NCBI GenBank assembly: GCA_031272775.1
Contig: JAISTB010000031.1
Span: forward strand, 1 to 48,031
Direction of reading: 5' to 3'
Length of the DNA stretch: 48,031 nt
From: Fusobacteriaceae bacterium
GTDB lineage: Bacteria > Fusobacteriota > Fusobacteriia > Fusobacteriales > Fusobacteriaceae
Shown: piece after piece, positions 48,018 to 48,031 of the stretch
Layout of the letters: each line of letters begins with the position of its first letter
Position numbering within the stretch: position 1 is the stretch's first letter
Notes under the pieces: generated by a model
What the model was told of the DNA's origin: nothing
The model's input: the letters and a program-made list of their open reading frames with translations, nothing else
Databases searched by the model: none
Translations under genes and position numbers: made by a program

Positions 48018-48031
48018 GCTATCTTTTGGCC

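Overview
This 48 kb window is GC-rich (about 58-60% GC) and comes from a diderm (double-membrane) bacterium. That call rests on the Lol lipoprotein-release genes, a TolC/MacAB efflux system, a TonB-dependent receptor, an autotransporter and an alpha-2-macroglobulin lipoprotein. No lineage call is made. The window holds six blocks. (1) A tRNA-Pro-flanked accessory islet at the left edge. It carries a Walker-A ATPase (partial), an HsdM N-terminal-domain-only ORF, an N-terminally truncated Fic protein and an intact MntA/HepT toxin-antitoxin pair. (2) A giant repeat-rich autotransporter. (3) A housekeeping/efflux block: EamA transporter, PNPOx/Nim-like protein, Nnr, TolC-MacA-MacB, RecJ, a secreted metallo-beta-lactamase (MBL) fold hydrolase, cyclophilin and potABC. 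(4) A low-GC single gene encoding a wHTH-GHKL ATPase-STAS fusion, sitting where potD would be expected. (5) An envelope-defence supercluster: alpha-2-macroglobulin, then a YdjI/YdjG/YdjH-like SPFH + Zn-ribbon + TPM module, then PBP1C, then LolC/E-LolD, followed by hpf and cls. (6) A TonB-dependent haem-type uptake locus preceded by a textbook sigma70 promoter. This locus appears to be decaying: an exbB remnant, a frameshifted HemN/HutW-like radical SAM gene and a frameshifted hmuU. The most novel candidates are the SPFH-ZnR-TPM module wedged into the normally tight A2M-PbpC pair, behind its own palindromic operator, and the low-GC wHTH-HATPase-STAS gene. Coordinates taken from the ORF track are exact. 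Hand-placed features (tRNAs, promoters, hairpins, repeats) may be off by 1-2 nt.
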